This document shows, piece after piece, positions 31,204-41,859 of a DNA stretch of 64,000 nucleotides (within the stretch, counting starts at the first letter, position 1; each line of letters begins with the position of its first letter). The stretch is taken from contig DAOUDE010000052.1 in the NCBI GenBank assembly GCA_034431475.1, forward strand, positions 6,825 to 70,824. The letters run 5' to 3'. The notes beneath the pieces are model-generated. The model was not told the DNA's origin. It worked only from the letters and a program-made list of their open reading frames with translations, and ran no database searches. The stretch comes from Thermomicrobiales bacterium (lineage in GTDB: Bacteria > Chloroflexota > Chloroflexia > Thermomicrobiales > UBA6265). The position numbers were made by a program, and so were the translations under genes.

Positions 31204-31965
31204 ATGGCTACTGCGGCACCCGCCACACCGTTGCTCCATGACTATCAATTGCGGCTTCCGGCATACGAGGGGCCGCTTGATGTCCTCTTGCGATTGATCG
31301 AGGGGCAGCAACTGCCCATCAGCGACGTTTCACTGATGGCCGTCCTTGACCAGTTCCTGGAGTATGTGGACTCACGCCTCGCACCGGAGCCAGGTGAGAT
31401 CGCGGAGTTCGCGGCCATCGCGGGCCGGCTGATGGTCCTGAAGTCTCGAGAGTTGCTGCCTCGTCCCGCGCCCTCGACGGATGAGGACGAGCCATCAGAC
31501 CTGGTGAGCCAGTTGGAGGAGTATCGCGCAATCAAGCTGGCGGCGACGCGTCTCTCAACTACGCACGCTCTGGGCGGATACGGGCGTGGGGCCAGCATCG
31601 AACACCCACCACCAATCATGGCAGTCATGCCACCGCAGTCTCCAGGAGTGCTGGCGCGCGCCCTGCATCGCTGGTTATCGCGGGTGCCGGCTTTGCCACT
31701 GGCAGTTGCCAGCCGCCACTCAACCACACTCCGAGAGATGGTGTCGCGGGTCTTTTCGCTTTTGAACATCGATGGCGCGGGAAACTTCTCCAGGTTTGTC
31801 TCGCAAGTATCGGATCGACAGGACCGGGCGCTGGCGTTTCTCGCGCTCTTGACGCTCATACGTCGCCACGCTGTGGAAGCCACCCAACTAGACCTCTTCG
31901 GAGAGATCACGTTTACCCGCTTTGGCCATGGTTCGGATGTGGATTTGCGTAAAGATGTCGACTGA
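31204..31965 (+). CDS. scpA: Segregation and condensation protein A
   Basis: 253-aa ORF with a ScpA-like N-terminus (FEGPLDLLL-type: YEGPLDVLLRLIEGQQLPI). Confidence 0.85.
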   Translation: MATAAPATPLLHDYQLRLPAYEGPLDVLLRLIEGQQLPISDVSLMAVLDQFLEYVDSRLAPEPGEIAEFAAIAGRLMVLKSRELLPRPAPSTDEDEPSDLVSQLEEYRAIKLAATRLSTTHALGGYGRGASIEHPPPIMAVMPPQSPGVLARALHRWLSRVPALPLAVASRHSTTLREMVSRVFSLLNIDGAGNFSRFVSQVSDRQDRALAFLALLTLIRRHAVEATQLDLFGEITFTRFGHGSDVDLRKDVD

Positions 31966-32623
31966 AGCTCCCATGGACGCTCTGCCCGCAGACGCTTCGA
32001 CCACGATCCAGCATCGGCTACCAGTCCCTGTGGAGGATCTGCCCTCCCTGCTTGAAGCGCTGCTCCTCGTCTCTCCGGAGCCCGCAACCATTCACGACCT
32101 GGCCCGGGCAGCCGGAGTCACTGCTTCTGCGGTGGAAGTTGCCCTGGATCAGTTGAATGCGTCCGGCTCGAGCGGATGGACGGTGATCCGCCACAACGGA
32201 ACCGCTCATCTCTCGACTGCGCCGCGCTGGTCCGAACACGTGCGACATTTTCTGCGCATCGAGCGCGAATCACGCCTTTCCGGCGCGGCCATGGAGACGC
32301 TGACACTCGTCGCCTACCGGCAACCGGTCACGCGGGCGGAAATAGATGCGTTGCGCGGTGTTGATTCATCGGGGGTGCTTGCCACGTTGCATGCACGCGG
32401 GCTGATTGAAATTGCTGGCCGGTTGCCGACAGTCGGCAATCCGATTCAGTACGCCACCACGCTGGCGTTTCTGCAGCAGTTCGGCCTGGCGTCGCTGGCC
32501 GATCTTCCGGCACTCACCGACCTTGCCGAGGACGCGCGAGAGCGCATGTTCGCGGAGGCCGCTGGTCCCCGCGAACATGCGGACGAACCAGATTCCGCAT
32601 CCGTATCAGACGCCGGCGAGTGA
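31955..32623 (+). CDS. scpB: Segregation and condensation protein B
   Basis: ScpB winged-helix repeats (LLEALLLVSPEP...; VAYRQPVTRAEIDALRGV). The ATG at 31955 overlaps the scpA stop. Confidence 0.8.
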   Translation: MSTEAPMDALPADASTTIQHRLPVPVEDLPSLLEALLLVSPEPATIHDLARAAGVTASAVEVALDQLNASGSSGWTVIRHNGTAHLSTAPRWSEHVRHFLRIERESRLSGAAMETLTLVAYRQPVTRAEIDALRGVDSSGVLATLHARGLIEIAGRLPTVGNPIQYATTLAFLQQFGLASLADLPALTDLAEDARERMFAEAAGPREHADEPDSASVSDAGE

Positions 32624-33790
32624 TCGCACCCGGGAGGCGGCCTCAACGATGGCATCGACAGCAATCGCAATATCTTGCGGCGTCGTTCCTCGGCCAACGG
32701 TGAAGCGCAAAGCGGAGCGACACATGTCGGTATCCAGGCCCATCGCGGTCAAGACGTGGCTCGGCTCGCTGTTACCCGTCGTACATGCTGAGCCGGCCGA
32801 TGCGGAAATGTCGAGCAGATCGAGCGCCAGTAGCAGCGTCTCACCCTGTATCCCCGCGATCGAAACGTTCAGATTGTTCGGCAAGCGTGGGCCATCCAGC
32901 GGTGGTCCGTTGAGGATGGTGTCCGGGAGCGCGGCGAAGATGCCTGCGGCGAGGAGATCACGCATCGCGCGGCAGTGCGCAGCGTACGGCTCCGTGAAGC
33001 TCTCCGCTCGCTGCAGCGCGGCTCCCAGGCCGGCAATCCCCGCGACATTTTCTGTACCCCCTCGACGACCTTGCTCCTGTCCCCCGCCTGTCTGCTGGTA
33101 GTCAACTGGCGTGCCAGTCCGCACATAGAGCAGGCCAACACCCTTGGGCCCGTAAAACTTGTGGGCCGAGAGCGCCATCAAATCCACTCCGAGATGCTCC
33201 ACGTTCAAGGAAAGCAGCCCTGCGCCCTGGACGGCATCGGTATGAAGGGGAACACTGCGCTCCTGGGCAATTGCCGCAATCTCTGCGACTGGCTGGATTG
33301 CGCCCATCTCGTTGTTGGCGAGCATGACTGCAACGAGGCAGGTATCTGGCTCGATGGCATTCGCGATGGCCGCCGCTGAAACAATCCCCTTGTGATCCGG
33401 CTGGACGAATGTCACTCGAAATCCCTGGAGGGCGAGCGACTCAGCCGTGTGCAGGACGGCGTGATGCTCGATGGCGGTGGTCACGATATGCGGCGGAGGA
33501 TTGCCCGGAGCAGCCAACCGGGCTGCCCATGCAACACCACGCAGGGCGAGGTTGTTGCTCTCGGTTGCACCGCTCGTGAACAGGATTTCGCCTGGGGCAC
33601 ACCCGAGCACCGCAGCGGCTTGCGCGCGGGCGGTATCGACCGCGGCGCGGGCCTCCTGCCCGAGACGGTATAGGCTTGAAGGATTGCCAAATGCCGCAGC
33701 GAGGTATGGCTCCATGACCGCCAGCACAGCGGGATCGAGGGGGGTCGTCGCGGCGTGGTCGAGATACACGCCGAAGTTTTCAGGCGTCAT
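32606..33790 (-). CDS. Cysteine desulfurase (NifS/IscS class I)
   Basis: 394-aa ORF with the PLP lysine motif SAHKFYGPKGVG and the catalytic Cys loop SAGSACTTG. Confidence 0.9.
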   Translation of the reverse strand: MTPENFGVYLDHAATTPLDPAVLAVMEPYLAAAFGNPSSLYRLGQEARAAVDTARAQAAAVLGCAPGEILFTSGATESNNLALRGVAWAARLAAPGNPPPHIVTTAIEHHAVLHTAESLALQGFRVTFVQPDHKGIVSAAAIANAIEPDTCLVAVMLANNEMGAIQPVAEIAAIAQERSVPLHTDAVQGAGLLSLNVEHLGVDLMALSAHKFYGPKGVGLLYVRTGTPVDYQQTGGGQEQGRRGGTENVAGIAGLGAALQRAESFTEPYAAHCRAMRDLLAAGIFAALPDTILNGPPLDGPRLPNNLNVSIAGIQGETLLLALDLLDISASAGSACTTGNSEPSHVLTAMGLDTDMCRSALRFTVGRGTTPQDIAIAVDAIVEAASRVRSLAGV

Positions 33791-33843
33791 GCGGAAACTC
33801 AGGGGCGCGCATGCAAATCGGCAACCGTGGCGTGTTTGGAGAG

Positions 33844-34302
33844 CTAGCTTGCGGCGGCGGCCGGCTCTTTCAATTCAGCTCGGGCGCGCGGCGAATCCCT
33901 GATCAAATCTGCCAGCGTCGTGGAATCCAGGGTTTCGGCAATCGCATCACGCATGCGCAACCACACTGGGCGCGTTTCGCAACCGTCGATGAGCGGGCAG
34001 GTCTGCTCGGTGATGTCTTCGGACACGCATTCCATGGGCGCCACCGGGCCTTCCATCACCCGGTAGACGTCGCCGACCTTGACGGCCTCTGGAGACCGGG
34101 TCAGGCGATACCCCCCGCGCGCGCCACGCGTGCTCTCCACCAGTCCGGCACGTCGCAGCGGCCCAATCAACTGCTCGAGATACGGCATGGGCACGGACGA
34201 AGCTTTCGACATCGCTGCAATCGACATCGGCCCTTGACCATGGTTCTTGGCCAGGGCGACCATCGCCCGAACTCCGTATTCTCCGCGTGTCGAAACTTTC
34301 AT
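33844..34302 (-). CDS. Rrf2-family transcriptional regulator (IscR/CymR-like)
   Basis: 152-aa ORF with the N-terminus MKVSTRGEYGVRAMVALA. Three Cys (CVSEDITEQTCPLIDGC) are compatible with an Fe-S ligand set. Confidence 0.85.
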   Translation of the reverse strand: MKVSTRGEYGVRAMVALAKNHGQGPMSIAAMSKASSVPMPYLEQLIGPLRRAGLVESTRGARGGYRLTRSPEAVKVGDVYRVMEGPVAPMECVSEDITEQTCPLIDGCETRPVWLRMRDAIAETLDSTTLADLIRDSPRARAELKEPAAAAS

Positions 34303-34409
34303 GGCAGTCCTGGCAGGGCGCTAGGGAGGATTCAACTCAAAGCGTACCCCGAATCGTCCCGCATAACAACGCCAGTATCGTCGAATTGGCCCTTATCCGC
34401 TACAGCATT

Positions 34410-35564
34410 TCAACTCTTGAAACGGGCCAAAGGTCCTCCCTCCCACAGCGCGCGGAAGCGCTGCATGGGATCGGGAGAAATCTGGCGATAGATATGCAGG
34501 AAGCGGTCACCAGTAAAAATCCCCCGGTACATGCCGTTTTCGGTGACCGGGACTGCCCAGCGTTGCTGTTCCGCCATCATCCGCTGCACCTCATACACCG
34601 AGGCGTCGACATCGAGCGCCGGGACGTTCGGCTCCATCACGTCGCGCACCACACGGTTGCCCACCCCCACCCCGATCTCGGCGAGGAGCCGGTTGCGCCA
34701 GAGCATGCCGACGACCCGGCCACCGCTCGTCACCACGATATCGCGCGGGCCACCGCGCAACGCGTAGGCCAACGGTTGGTCCGGTGCAATGCCGCCCATA
34801 TCCCAGAGCGCGAACTGCCCCACGCGCATGCGCTTGAGGCTCGATTCCAGCCGCACCGCGCGGTCTTCGGCCAGCGCGACCACTGCGATGAACACCGCAA
34901 TCAGCGCTAGGACCACACTCTGCACCATGAAGACGCTGAAGAGGAGCAGGAGTATTGCGAGGAACACGCCGACGCCGACGGCAACCCGAGTGGCCGTTTG
35001 CCGCCCCAGCAGTGCACTGAGGCCCGCCCGAAAGACTCTCCCCCCGTCCATTGGAAACGCTGGGAGCAAGTTGGAAACGAGCAACAAGAGGTTTGCGTAG
35101 AACAAAGTGGTGAGCAGGCCGACGACAGAGGGCTGAAACACCGTCTGCGCATAGTGTTCAAGGTGCGAGTAACCGCTGTACACCCCGACTGCAAGAATGA
35201 TTGGCACAATGGCCGCTGCCAGGGCGAGATTGGCTATGGGACCGGCCAGTGCAATCAGGACTTCGGAGCGTGGATCGTTTTCGGGCATCTGATCCATGCG
35301 TGCTACGCCGCCCACCGCCGACAGGGAGACATCGTGCACGTGGACACCGCGTTGCCGGGCCATATATACATGGCCAAATTCGTGAACCAGGACGCAGGCA
35401 AAGACCAGCGCGACCAACCCGAACGTAAACAGGAGGACCGAAGGCCCAGCGGCGAAGCCAAACCGCCGCCAGTCGATGAGCACCCAGAGGAACACCAACC
35501 CGAACGTTGGATGAAGCCTGACCTCTACGCCATGGACGCGCGCGACCGCGAGAGACTTGCGCAT
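34410..35564 (-). CDS. M50 site-2 protease family metalloprotease with a C-terminal CBS pair
   Basis: HExxH (HEFGHV), NLLPAFPMDGG, and two CBS-like repeats at the C-terminus. Confidence 0.85.
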   Translation of the reverse strand: MRKSLAVARVHGVEVRLHPTFGLVFLWVLIDWRRFGFAAGPSVLLFTFGLVALVFACVLVHEFGHVYMARQRGVHVHDVSLSAVGGVARMDQMPENDPRSEVLIALAGPIANLALAAAIVPIILAVGVYSGYSHLEHYAQTVFQPSVVGLLTTLFYANLLLLVSNLLPAFPMDGGRVFRAGLSALLGRQTATRVAVGVGVFLAILLLLFSVFMVQSVVLALIAVFIAVVALAEDRAVRLESSLKRMRVGQFALWDMGGIAPDQPLAYALRGGPRDIVVTSGGRVVGMLWRNRLLAEIGVGVGNRVVRDVMEPNVPALDVDASVYEVQRMMAEQQRWAVPVTENGMYRGIFTGDRFLHIYRQISPDPMQRFRALWEGGPLARFKS

Positions 35565-35712
35565 TGCACGAGGTTACCGATCTTTGCTCATGAACTCAAG
35601 ACACGTCAGTCAGGAAAACAAGGCCTGCACGCTCGCATGCTAGACTCTGGCGTTCGTATGACTCGACTTCCTATACAACGCCCGGCCACGCAACGGGTGA
35701 GATACCACCAGC

Positions 35713-36258
35713 ATGACTGATTCCGGGCTCAGCACGCGCTTACGCCAGCAGCACCGTCGCGCGGGGCTGATGGTCGGGGTGACGATGGGAATCGTCATCG
35801 CCATCTGCATTTTCGGAGCCGCTGTGCTGTTCGCGGCGCTCTCGCAACCCTTTTCCGATCTCATCCCGCTGGCCGGACCACAGGTGCCGATTCAGACGCC
35901 GGCGGCCGAATCGGCCAGCGGCAACGACACGCAGGCAATCGCTGCTGCTCAGGAACCGACGCAGGCTGCGGCGGAGCCAACGGTTGCCCCGAACGTCGAA
36001 GCTACCGTCGCACTCGAGACTGACGACTTCGAGCCGACCCATCAGATTGGGGCGGCGCAGTCGGTGAACTTCCGGGCTGGCCCCTCAACGGGCGACAGTA
36101 TCATTGAGGCGCTGTCGCCAGCAACGCCACTGCAATATCTCGACGAAGACGCTCCAACCAGTAGCCCATCTGACGGAGATCGCTGGATGCGTTTCCGCAC
36201 CGAGGATGGGCAGGAAGGCTGGGTCCGCGAGATCGACACGACAACGTATCAGCCGTAG
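35713..36258 (+). CDS. Membrane-anchored protein with a C-terminal bacterial SH3-like domain
   Basis: One N-terminal TM helix, a low-complexity linker, and an SH3b-like C-terminus (VNFRAGPSTGDSIIEAL...RWMRFRTEDGQEGWVRE). Confidence 0.6.
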   Translation: MTDSGLSTRLRQQHRRAGLMVGVTMGIVIAICIFGAAVLFAALSQPFSDLIPLAGPQVPIQTPAAESASGNDTQAIAAAQEPTQAAAEPTVAPNVEATVALETDDFEPTHQIGAAQSVNFRAGPSTGDSIIEALSPATPLQYLDEDAPTSSPSDGDRWMRFRTEDGQEGWVREIDTTTYQP

Positions 36259-36302
36259 TTCCCGCACGTGACTTCCGCGCGGCCCAAGGAGAACATCACA
36301 CC

Positions 36303-37337
36303 ATGCAGCGCGTCCTGATTGTTGGACTTGGTTTGATCGGCGGTTCCGTGGGCCTGGCGCTTCGGCGCTGGTCCGAAGAACACAAGGTTGATAACCGTAA
36401 ACCGCTTGAGGTCGTTGGGTTTGACCCGAACCTGGATCACCAGCGTGCCGCCGAAAAGATGGGCGCCGTCGACCGCGGCGCCTGGGATCTCGCCAAGGCC
36501 GCCCGTGAAGCAGATGTCGTTGTGCTGGCCATGCCCGTCGCCGCGATGCGTGAGGCCATGACGGACCTGGCGCCACAACTCCAGCCTGGCACGGTCGTCA
36601 CCGATACCGGATCCACCAAGGCCCAGGTCATGGCGTGGGCGCGCGACGTGCTGCCCCCGGGTGTCCACTTCGTCGGCGGCCACCCAATGGCGGGCAAGAC
36701 GCAAAGCATCGAAGGCGCTGAAGCCGACCTGTTTGCCGGTGCGACCTGGTGCATTGCCCCGTCGGTGTCAGCCTCCGAGGAAGCGGTGCGGACGGTCCTG
36801 GGCCTCGTCGCGGCTGCTGGCGCGGAGCCTTACTTCGTTGATCCGCACGAGCATGATGCCTACGTCGCCGGAGTCAGTCACCTTCCCTTTGCCATCAGCG
36901 CAGCCTTGATGAATGCGGTCTCGCGCGACGTGTCGTGGCGGGAGATGAAGCAACTCACCGCTGGCGGCTTCCGCGACACCACTCGCCTGGCTTCGGGCAG
37001 CCCGACCATGCACCGCGACATCCTCGTGACGAACCGCGAAGCCGTGCTGCGCTGGATCGATGCCATGTCCGCCTCACTCAGCGAGCTTCGCGCCGATCTG
37101 GCCAGCACTGCCCCGGACGCCGGCGAGAAGCTTGAGGCGTTCTTCACCCAGGCACGCGATGCGCGAGCGGATTGGGCAACGCAGACCACCCGTGAGGGCG
37201 AGCTCCTGCAGGCCACTGCTGCCGAGCTCTCCCCCGAAAGCGTCAGCGATCACATGGGCCGCATGTTCCTGGGCGGCTTCGCCAAGAAACTGCGGCAACC
37301 GGCGTCGCGCGGGTCGACCTCGGACAAGCAGCCGTGA
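36303..37337 (+). CDS. tyrA: Prephenate dehydrogenase
   Basis: Rossmann N-terminus VLIVGLGLIGGSVGLAL and the TyrA core (GGHPMAG, HDAYVAGVSHLP). Confidence 0.85.
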   Translation: MQRVLIVGLGLIGGSVGLALRRWSEEHKVDNRKPLEVVGFDPNLDHQRAAEKMGAVDRGAWDLAKAAREADVVVLAMPVAAMREAMTDLAPQLQPGTVVTDTGSTKAQVMAWARDVLPPGVHFVGGHPMAGKTQSIEGAEADLFAGATWCIAPSVSASEEAVRTVLGLVAAAGAEPYFVDPHEHDAYVAGVSHLPFAISAALMNAVSRDVSWREMKQLTAGGFRDTTRLASGSPTMHRDILVTNREAVLRWIDAMSASLSELRADLASTAPDAGEKLEAFFTQARDARADWATQTTREGELLQATAAELSPESVSDHMGRMFLGGFAKKLRQPASRGSTSDKQP

Positions 37338-37708
37338 CCATCGAGAGCCCGGAGCGTCCCTCGCGCCTCGAGCAGGAGGTGCGCGAAATCCTGGAACGCA
37401 CCGAAGCGCAGCGTTCGCCGATGGACCACATCAGCGACTCGGTGCACCGTACGAGGGCCGAAGCTCAGCAGCGACTGAAGCAGCCTTCCCCGCTGCGTCA
37501 ACGCTCCCGGTTCCTGACGCCGGAGATTCTGCGCATCGCGGGGGCGCTTGCCCTGGCGGTTCTGGCCGTGCTGCTGGGCAGCGTCTCGAACCTGCTTGCC
37601 GCTGTGGCAGCCATCGCCAGCCTGATCGTGTTCTTCTCTCTCTGGTTCCCCTCCGCTCGCGCCACGTCTGCCTCGCGGCCACGCTGGCGGGGCCGCGATC
37701 TGAACTAG
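37334..37708 (+). CDS. Hypothetical membrane protein (124 aa, two C-terminal TM helices)
   Basis: The GTG start overlaps the tyrA stop (GTGA). High GC3. No motif recognised. Confidence 0.5.
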   Translation: MTIESPERPSRLEQEVREILERTEAQRSPMDHISDSVHRTRAEAQQRLKQPSPLRQRSRFLTPEILRIAGALALAVLAVLLGSVSNLLAAVAAIASLIVFFSLWFPSARATSASRPRWRGRDLN

Positions 37709-37752
37709 GCCGTATCCCGCGCCAGCCTGGCCTCGTCTGCTAGCCTTCCCAC

Positions 37753-38214
37753 ATGCCTTCCCTCGTATCTGACGCCGTTGATGCCTACGTGGTGCGGCGG
37801 CTGAACGCCCGACTCCAGTTCCTGCTCTTGCAGCGCCGGGGTGACGCGCCGTTTGGCGGGTCCTGGCAGGCGATTCACGCGCGAATTGAGCCCGAAGAAA
37901 CGGCGGTCACCGCGGCGGAACGCGCCCTCTTCGATACGACAGGCATGGCGCCCGGCGTCATCTACAGTGCCGATTACGTCAACCAGATTTTTGATCACGG
38001 GCGGGATGCTATCGTCTTCATTCCGGTGCTGGCGTTCGAGGTTCCCCCCACGTCGCAGATTGCGCTCGGCGAGGATTTCGTTCAGCACGAATGGTGCGAG
38101 CGCGATGAAGCCGCAGCGCGGCTTCTCTGGTCGGGTCAGCGTTGGTCGGTACGGCATATTGCCGACGTTATCGGCGCGGGCGGCTCGACGGCCGAGTTCT
38201 ACCGCATCCGGTAG
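37753..38214 (+). CDS. NUDIX-family hydrolase (degenerate Nudix box)
   Basis: 153-aa ORF with the partial Nudix box GGSWQAIHARIEPEETAVTAAERALFDTTG. Confidence 0.6.
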   Translation: MPSLVSDAVDAYVVRRLNARLQFLLLQRRGDAPFGGSWQAIHARIEPEETAVTAAERALFDTTGMAPGVIYSADYVNQIFDHGRDAIVFIPVLAFEVPPTSQIALGEDFVQHEWCERDEAAARLLWSGQRWSVRHIADVIGAGGSTAEFYRIR

Positions 38215-38283
38215 CGACAGCACAGCCGTTCTACACTACCCCTGACATATTCCTGCACCCCGGCAGAACGAGCGGGAGAACGC

Positions 38284-40296
38284 ATGCCTGATTTCCAGAT
38301 TGTTGCCGACGTCAAGCCCACCGGAGATCAACCTCGCGCCATCGAGGAACTTGTCGCTGGTCTGCAAGAGGGCAAGCGCTTCCAGACGCTGCTCGGGGTC
38401 ACGGGTTCCGGCAAGACCTTCACGATGGCGAACGTCATTGAGCGCGTGAACCGGCCCACCATCGTGCTGGCCCACAACAAGACCCTGGCCGCGCAACTCT
38501 ACGCGGAGTTCAAGGAGTTCTTTCCCCACAACGCGGTGGAGTACTTTGTCTCCTACTATGACTACTACCAGCCGGAGGCCTACGTCCCGCGCACCGACAC
38601 CTTCATCGAGAAGGACTCCGACATCAACGAGGAGATCGACAAGCTTCGTCACGCGGCGACACGGGCGTTGCTGACCCGGCACGATGTCATCATCGTCGCC
38701 TCGGTGTCGTGCATCTATGGTCTCGGTTCCCCGGAAGAATACGCGCAGACGGTGATCTCGCTGCGGCGCGGCGGCACGGCCCGGCGAGACAAGATCGTAC
38801 GGCAGCTCATTGACATCCAGTACGACCGCAACGACATGACGCTCGTCCGCGGCGCGTTCCGGGTGCGCGGCGACACGCTGGAGGTCTTTCCCGCCTACGA
38901 GGACATCGCCGTTCGCGTCGAGTTCTTTGGCGACGAAGTGGAGCGCATTGTCGAGGTCGATCCGCTCACGGGCGAACTCCTCGTCGAGCGGCTGGACCTG
39001 GACATCTACCCTGCCAAGCATTTCGTGACCACCGAAGACAAGCTCAAGGCGGCCATCCGCGACATCGAACTGGAACTCGAAGAACGTATCTCGGAACTCG
39101 ATGCGGAGGGCAAGATCCTGGAGTCGGCCCGGCTACGGCAGCGAACGATGTATGACATCGAGATGCTGCAGGAGACCGGATACTGCGCCGGCGTCGAGAA
39201 CTACTCCATGCACCTGTCTCGTCGCAAGCCGGGCGAGCAGCCCTCGACGCTGATGGATTACTTCCCGGACGACTTTCTCATGTTCGTGGACGAGTCACAT
39301 ATCTCCCTGCCGCAGGTGCGCGGCATGTACGCCGGAGACCGCGCCCGCAAGGACGTGCTGGTCGAACATGGCTTTCGCCTGCCCTCGGCTCGCGACAATC
39401 GCCCGTTGACCTTCACGGAATTCGAGCGAATGCTGGCCCAGGCCATTTTCGTCTCTGCCACTCCAGGTCCCTACGAGCAGGAACACTCCGAGAAGGTCGT
39501 GCAGCAAGTCATTCGCCCGACCGGCCTGATTGATCCGGCCATCTCGGTGCGCGCAACCAAGGGGCAGATTGACGACCTGCTGGCGGAGATCAATCAGCGC
39601 GTGGCGCTGGGCCAGCGCACGCTCGTCACAACCCTCACGAAACGCATGGCGGAAGATCTGGCGGACTACCTGAAGGAAATGGGCGTTCGCACCCATTATC
39701 TGCACAGCGAGATCGACACCCTGGAGCGCGTCGAAATCCTGCGTGACCTTCGCCTCGGTGTGTATGACGTGGTAGTCGGGATCAACCTGCTGCGCGAGGG
39801 CCTCGATCTCCCTGAAGTCTCCCTGGTCGCCATTCTGGATGCTGACAAGGAAGGTTACCTGCGTTCGGAAGGCTCCCTGATCCAGACAATCGGACGCGCG
39901 GCGCGCCATGTTGACGGCCAGGTCATCATGTACGCCGACGTCATGACGCGGTCGATGAAGGCGGCGATAGACGAGACCTATCGCCGCCGGGCGATCCAGA
40001 TGGCGCACAACGAAGCGCACGGCATTGTGCCGCGCGGCATCGTCAAGGAAATCAAGGACATTACGGAGCGCGTGAAGGCGGTGGCCGAGGAGCAGGCTGG
40101 TTACTCCGCTGGCGGCGCCGGGAAGCCAGGCGTCATCTCCGAGATTCCGCGTGATGAAATGGTGCGCATGATCAAGGAGCTCGAGTCTCAGATGAAGACT
40201 GCCGCGCGCGATCTCGAATTCGAGAAAGCAGCCCTGCTGCGTGACCAGATCGTCGAGCTACGGCGGATCACGCTTGTCGATCCGGTACTGAACTAG
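38284..40296 (+). CDS. uvrB: Excinuclease ABC subunit B
   Basis: 670-aa ORF with [12 protein letters not shown], a beta-hairpin region, and a C-terminal UVR domain ([12 protein letters not shown]). Confidence 0.95.
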   Translation: MPDFQIVADVKPTGDQPRAIEELVAGLQEGKRFQTLLGVTGSGKTFTMANVIERVNRPTIVLAHNKTLAAQLYAEFKEFFPHNAVEYFVSYYDYYQPEAYVPRTDTFIEKDSDINEEIDKLRHAATRALLTRHDVIIVASVSCIYGLGSPEEYAQTVISLRRGGTARRDKIVRQLIDIQYDRNDMTLVRGAFRVRGDTLEVFPAYEDIAVRVEFFGDEVERIVEVDPLTGELLVERLDLDIYPAKHFVTTEDKLKAAIRDIELELEERISELDAEGKILESARLRQRTMYDIEMLQETGYCAGVENYSMHLSRRKPGEQPSTLMDYFPDDFLMFVDESHISLPQVRGMYAGDRARKDVLVEHGFRLPSARDNRPLTFTEFERMLAQAIFVSATPGPYEQEHSEKVVQQVIRPTGLIDPAISVRATKGQIDDLLAEINQRVALGQRTLVTTLTKRMAEDLADYLKEMGVRTHYLHSEIDTLERVEILRDLRLGVYDVVVGINLLREGLDLPEVSLVAILDADKEGYLRSEGSLIQTIGRAARHVDGQVIMYADVMTRSMKAAIDETYRRRAIQMAHNEAHGIVPRGIVKEIKDITERVKAVAEEQAGYSAGGAGKPGVISEIPRDEMVRMIKELESQMKTAARDLEFEKAALLRDQIVELRRITLVDPVLN

Positions 40297-40775
40297 TGGG
40301 CAGCGCGAATGTGCCGTACGTCCTCGTTCTCAACGGCCCGAATCTGAATCTGCTTGGCACACGGGAGCCGGACCACTACGGCCATACGACGCTGGCAGAC
40401 ATCATTGAGGCGCTGGAGGCAGTCGCCGGGCGCGCCGACACCCCGGTGGAAATCAGGCATATGCAGTCGAACCATGAAGGCGTGTTGGTCGATGCCATTC
40501 AGGAACACGGTCCCGGTGCAGTCGGCTTGATCATCAATCCGGGCGCGCTTACCCACTACAGCGTCGCCCTGCGGGATGCCATATCGGGTGTTGGCGTGCC
40601 CACCATCGAGGTGCACATCTCGAACATCCACGCGCGTGAGGAATTCCGACACCATTCCTTCATCGCGGGCGTAGCTAAGGGGCAGATTGCCGGACTTGGT
40701 GCGACCGGCTACCGGCTGGCGCTCGCTTACTTCCTGGAACACGCATCGCTGCAAAGGACCAACTTTCATGAGTGA
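40296..40775 (+). CDS. aroQ: Type II 3-dehydroquinate dehydratase
   Basis: The GTG start shares one nt with the uvrB TAG stop. Motifs VLNGPNLNLLGTREP and HISNIHAREEFR. Confidence 0.9.
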   Translation: MGSANVPYVLVLNGPNLNLLGTREPDHYGHTTLADIIEALEAVAGRADTPVEIRHMQSNHEGVLVDAIQEHGPGAVGLIINPGALTHYSVALRDAISGVGVPTIEVHISNIHAREEFRHHSFIAGVAKGQIAGLGATGYRLALAYFLEHASLQRTNFHE

Positions 40776-41844
40776 GCTTCCTGGACGCGTCCGGAACCTG
40801 CTCTCCGAATTGGGCGTAGAGGCGATCCTGGTCAGTCATCCCGCGAACAGGCACTACCTGTCCGGCTTCCCCGATGAGGACCACGCCCCGGATGAAACAT
40901 CGGGAGTGCTGCTCATTTCTGAAAGCGAAGCGAAGCTGTTCGTCAGCCCGACGAACCTGCCCTGGGCTCTCGCGTCCTCTGGCCCAGGCATCGAGGTCAT
41001 CGGCTGGCAGCGCCCCTGGCAGACCTCGCTGGGAAAGCACCTGCAGGAGCAGGGTTACCGGCGCGTTGCGTTCGAAGACCGGGCGCTGATCGTGGCGGAT
41101 TTCTCCGGCATCAAGGACGCCGCAACGGGTGTGGACCTTGTCCCCGCCGGTACCGCAGTCCACCGGTTGCGCGAGGTCAAGAACGCGGACGAGATCGCTC
41201 GCATCCGCCGCGCGGCTGAAATCACCGACCAGGCGCTCCAGCAGGTTCTGGCGAAATTGCAAGCCGGTACAACTGAAAAAGAGCTGGTTTGGCGGCTAGA
41301 GTCCACGCTACGCGACCTGGGTGCAGATGGACCCGCGTTCCCCACCGGCGTTGGGGCGGGGCCACACGGCGCCCGGCCACATCATGCAGCCACTGACCGT
41401 CCCATCGAGGAAGGCGAGCCCATTGTCATCGACATGGGCGCGAAGGTTGACGGCTATTGCGCCGATCTCACGCGCACCGTCGTACTTGGTGAACCAACGC
41501 CATTGTTTCGCGAACGCTACAATCTGGTGCTGTCTGCCCAGCAGGCGGCGCTCGATGCCATCCGTCCGGGAGTTTCTGGCAAGGACGCCGATGCGGCCGC
41601 ACGCGATGTCATTGTGGCGGCGGGGGCGGGTGAAGCCTTCTTCCACGGCCTGGGCCATGGCGTTGGGCTGCTCATTCACGAGGCGCCTTCATTGGGGCAG
41701 ACCTCGGAGGACGTGCTGCAACCTGGTCAGATCGTAACGATTGAGCCGGGTGTCTATTACGACGGTTGGGGCGGGATTCGGATCGAGGATCTTGCAGTCG
41801 TTACAGAATCCGGTATCGAGATTCTGTCCAATTCACCAAAATAG
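40768..41844 (+). CDS. Xaa-Pro aminopeptidase/dipeptidase (M24B)
   Basis: The start ATG at 40768 overlaps the aroQ end. Metal-ligand motifs DMGAKVDGYCADLTR and HGLGHGVGLLIHE. Confidence 0.85.
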   Translation: MSELPGRVRNLLSELGVEAILVSHPANRHYLSGFPDEDHAPDETSGVLLISESEAKLFVSPTNLPWALASSGPGIEVIGWQRPWQTSLGKHLQEQGYRRVAFEDRALIVADFSGIKDAATGVDLVPAGTAVHRLREVKNADEIARIRRAAEITDQALQQVLAKLQAGTTEKELVWRLESTLRDLGADGPAFPTGVGAGPHGARPHHAATDRPIEEGEPIVIDMGAKVDGYCADLTRTVVLGEPTPLFRERYNLVLSAQQAALDAIRPGVSGKDADAAARDVIVAAGAGEAFFHGLGHGVGLLIHEAPSLGQTSEDVLQPGQIVTIEPGVYYDGWGGIRIEDLAVVTESGIEILSNSPK

Positions 41845-41859
41845 GAGACGAATGCCTCG

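Noticed and set aside
38215-38283. LexA/SOS box upstream of uvrB.
   Set aside because: Only a direct repeat GAACG-7 nt-GAACG is present. There is no palindromic GAAC-N4-GTTC or CTGT-N8-ACAG motif.
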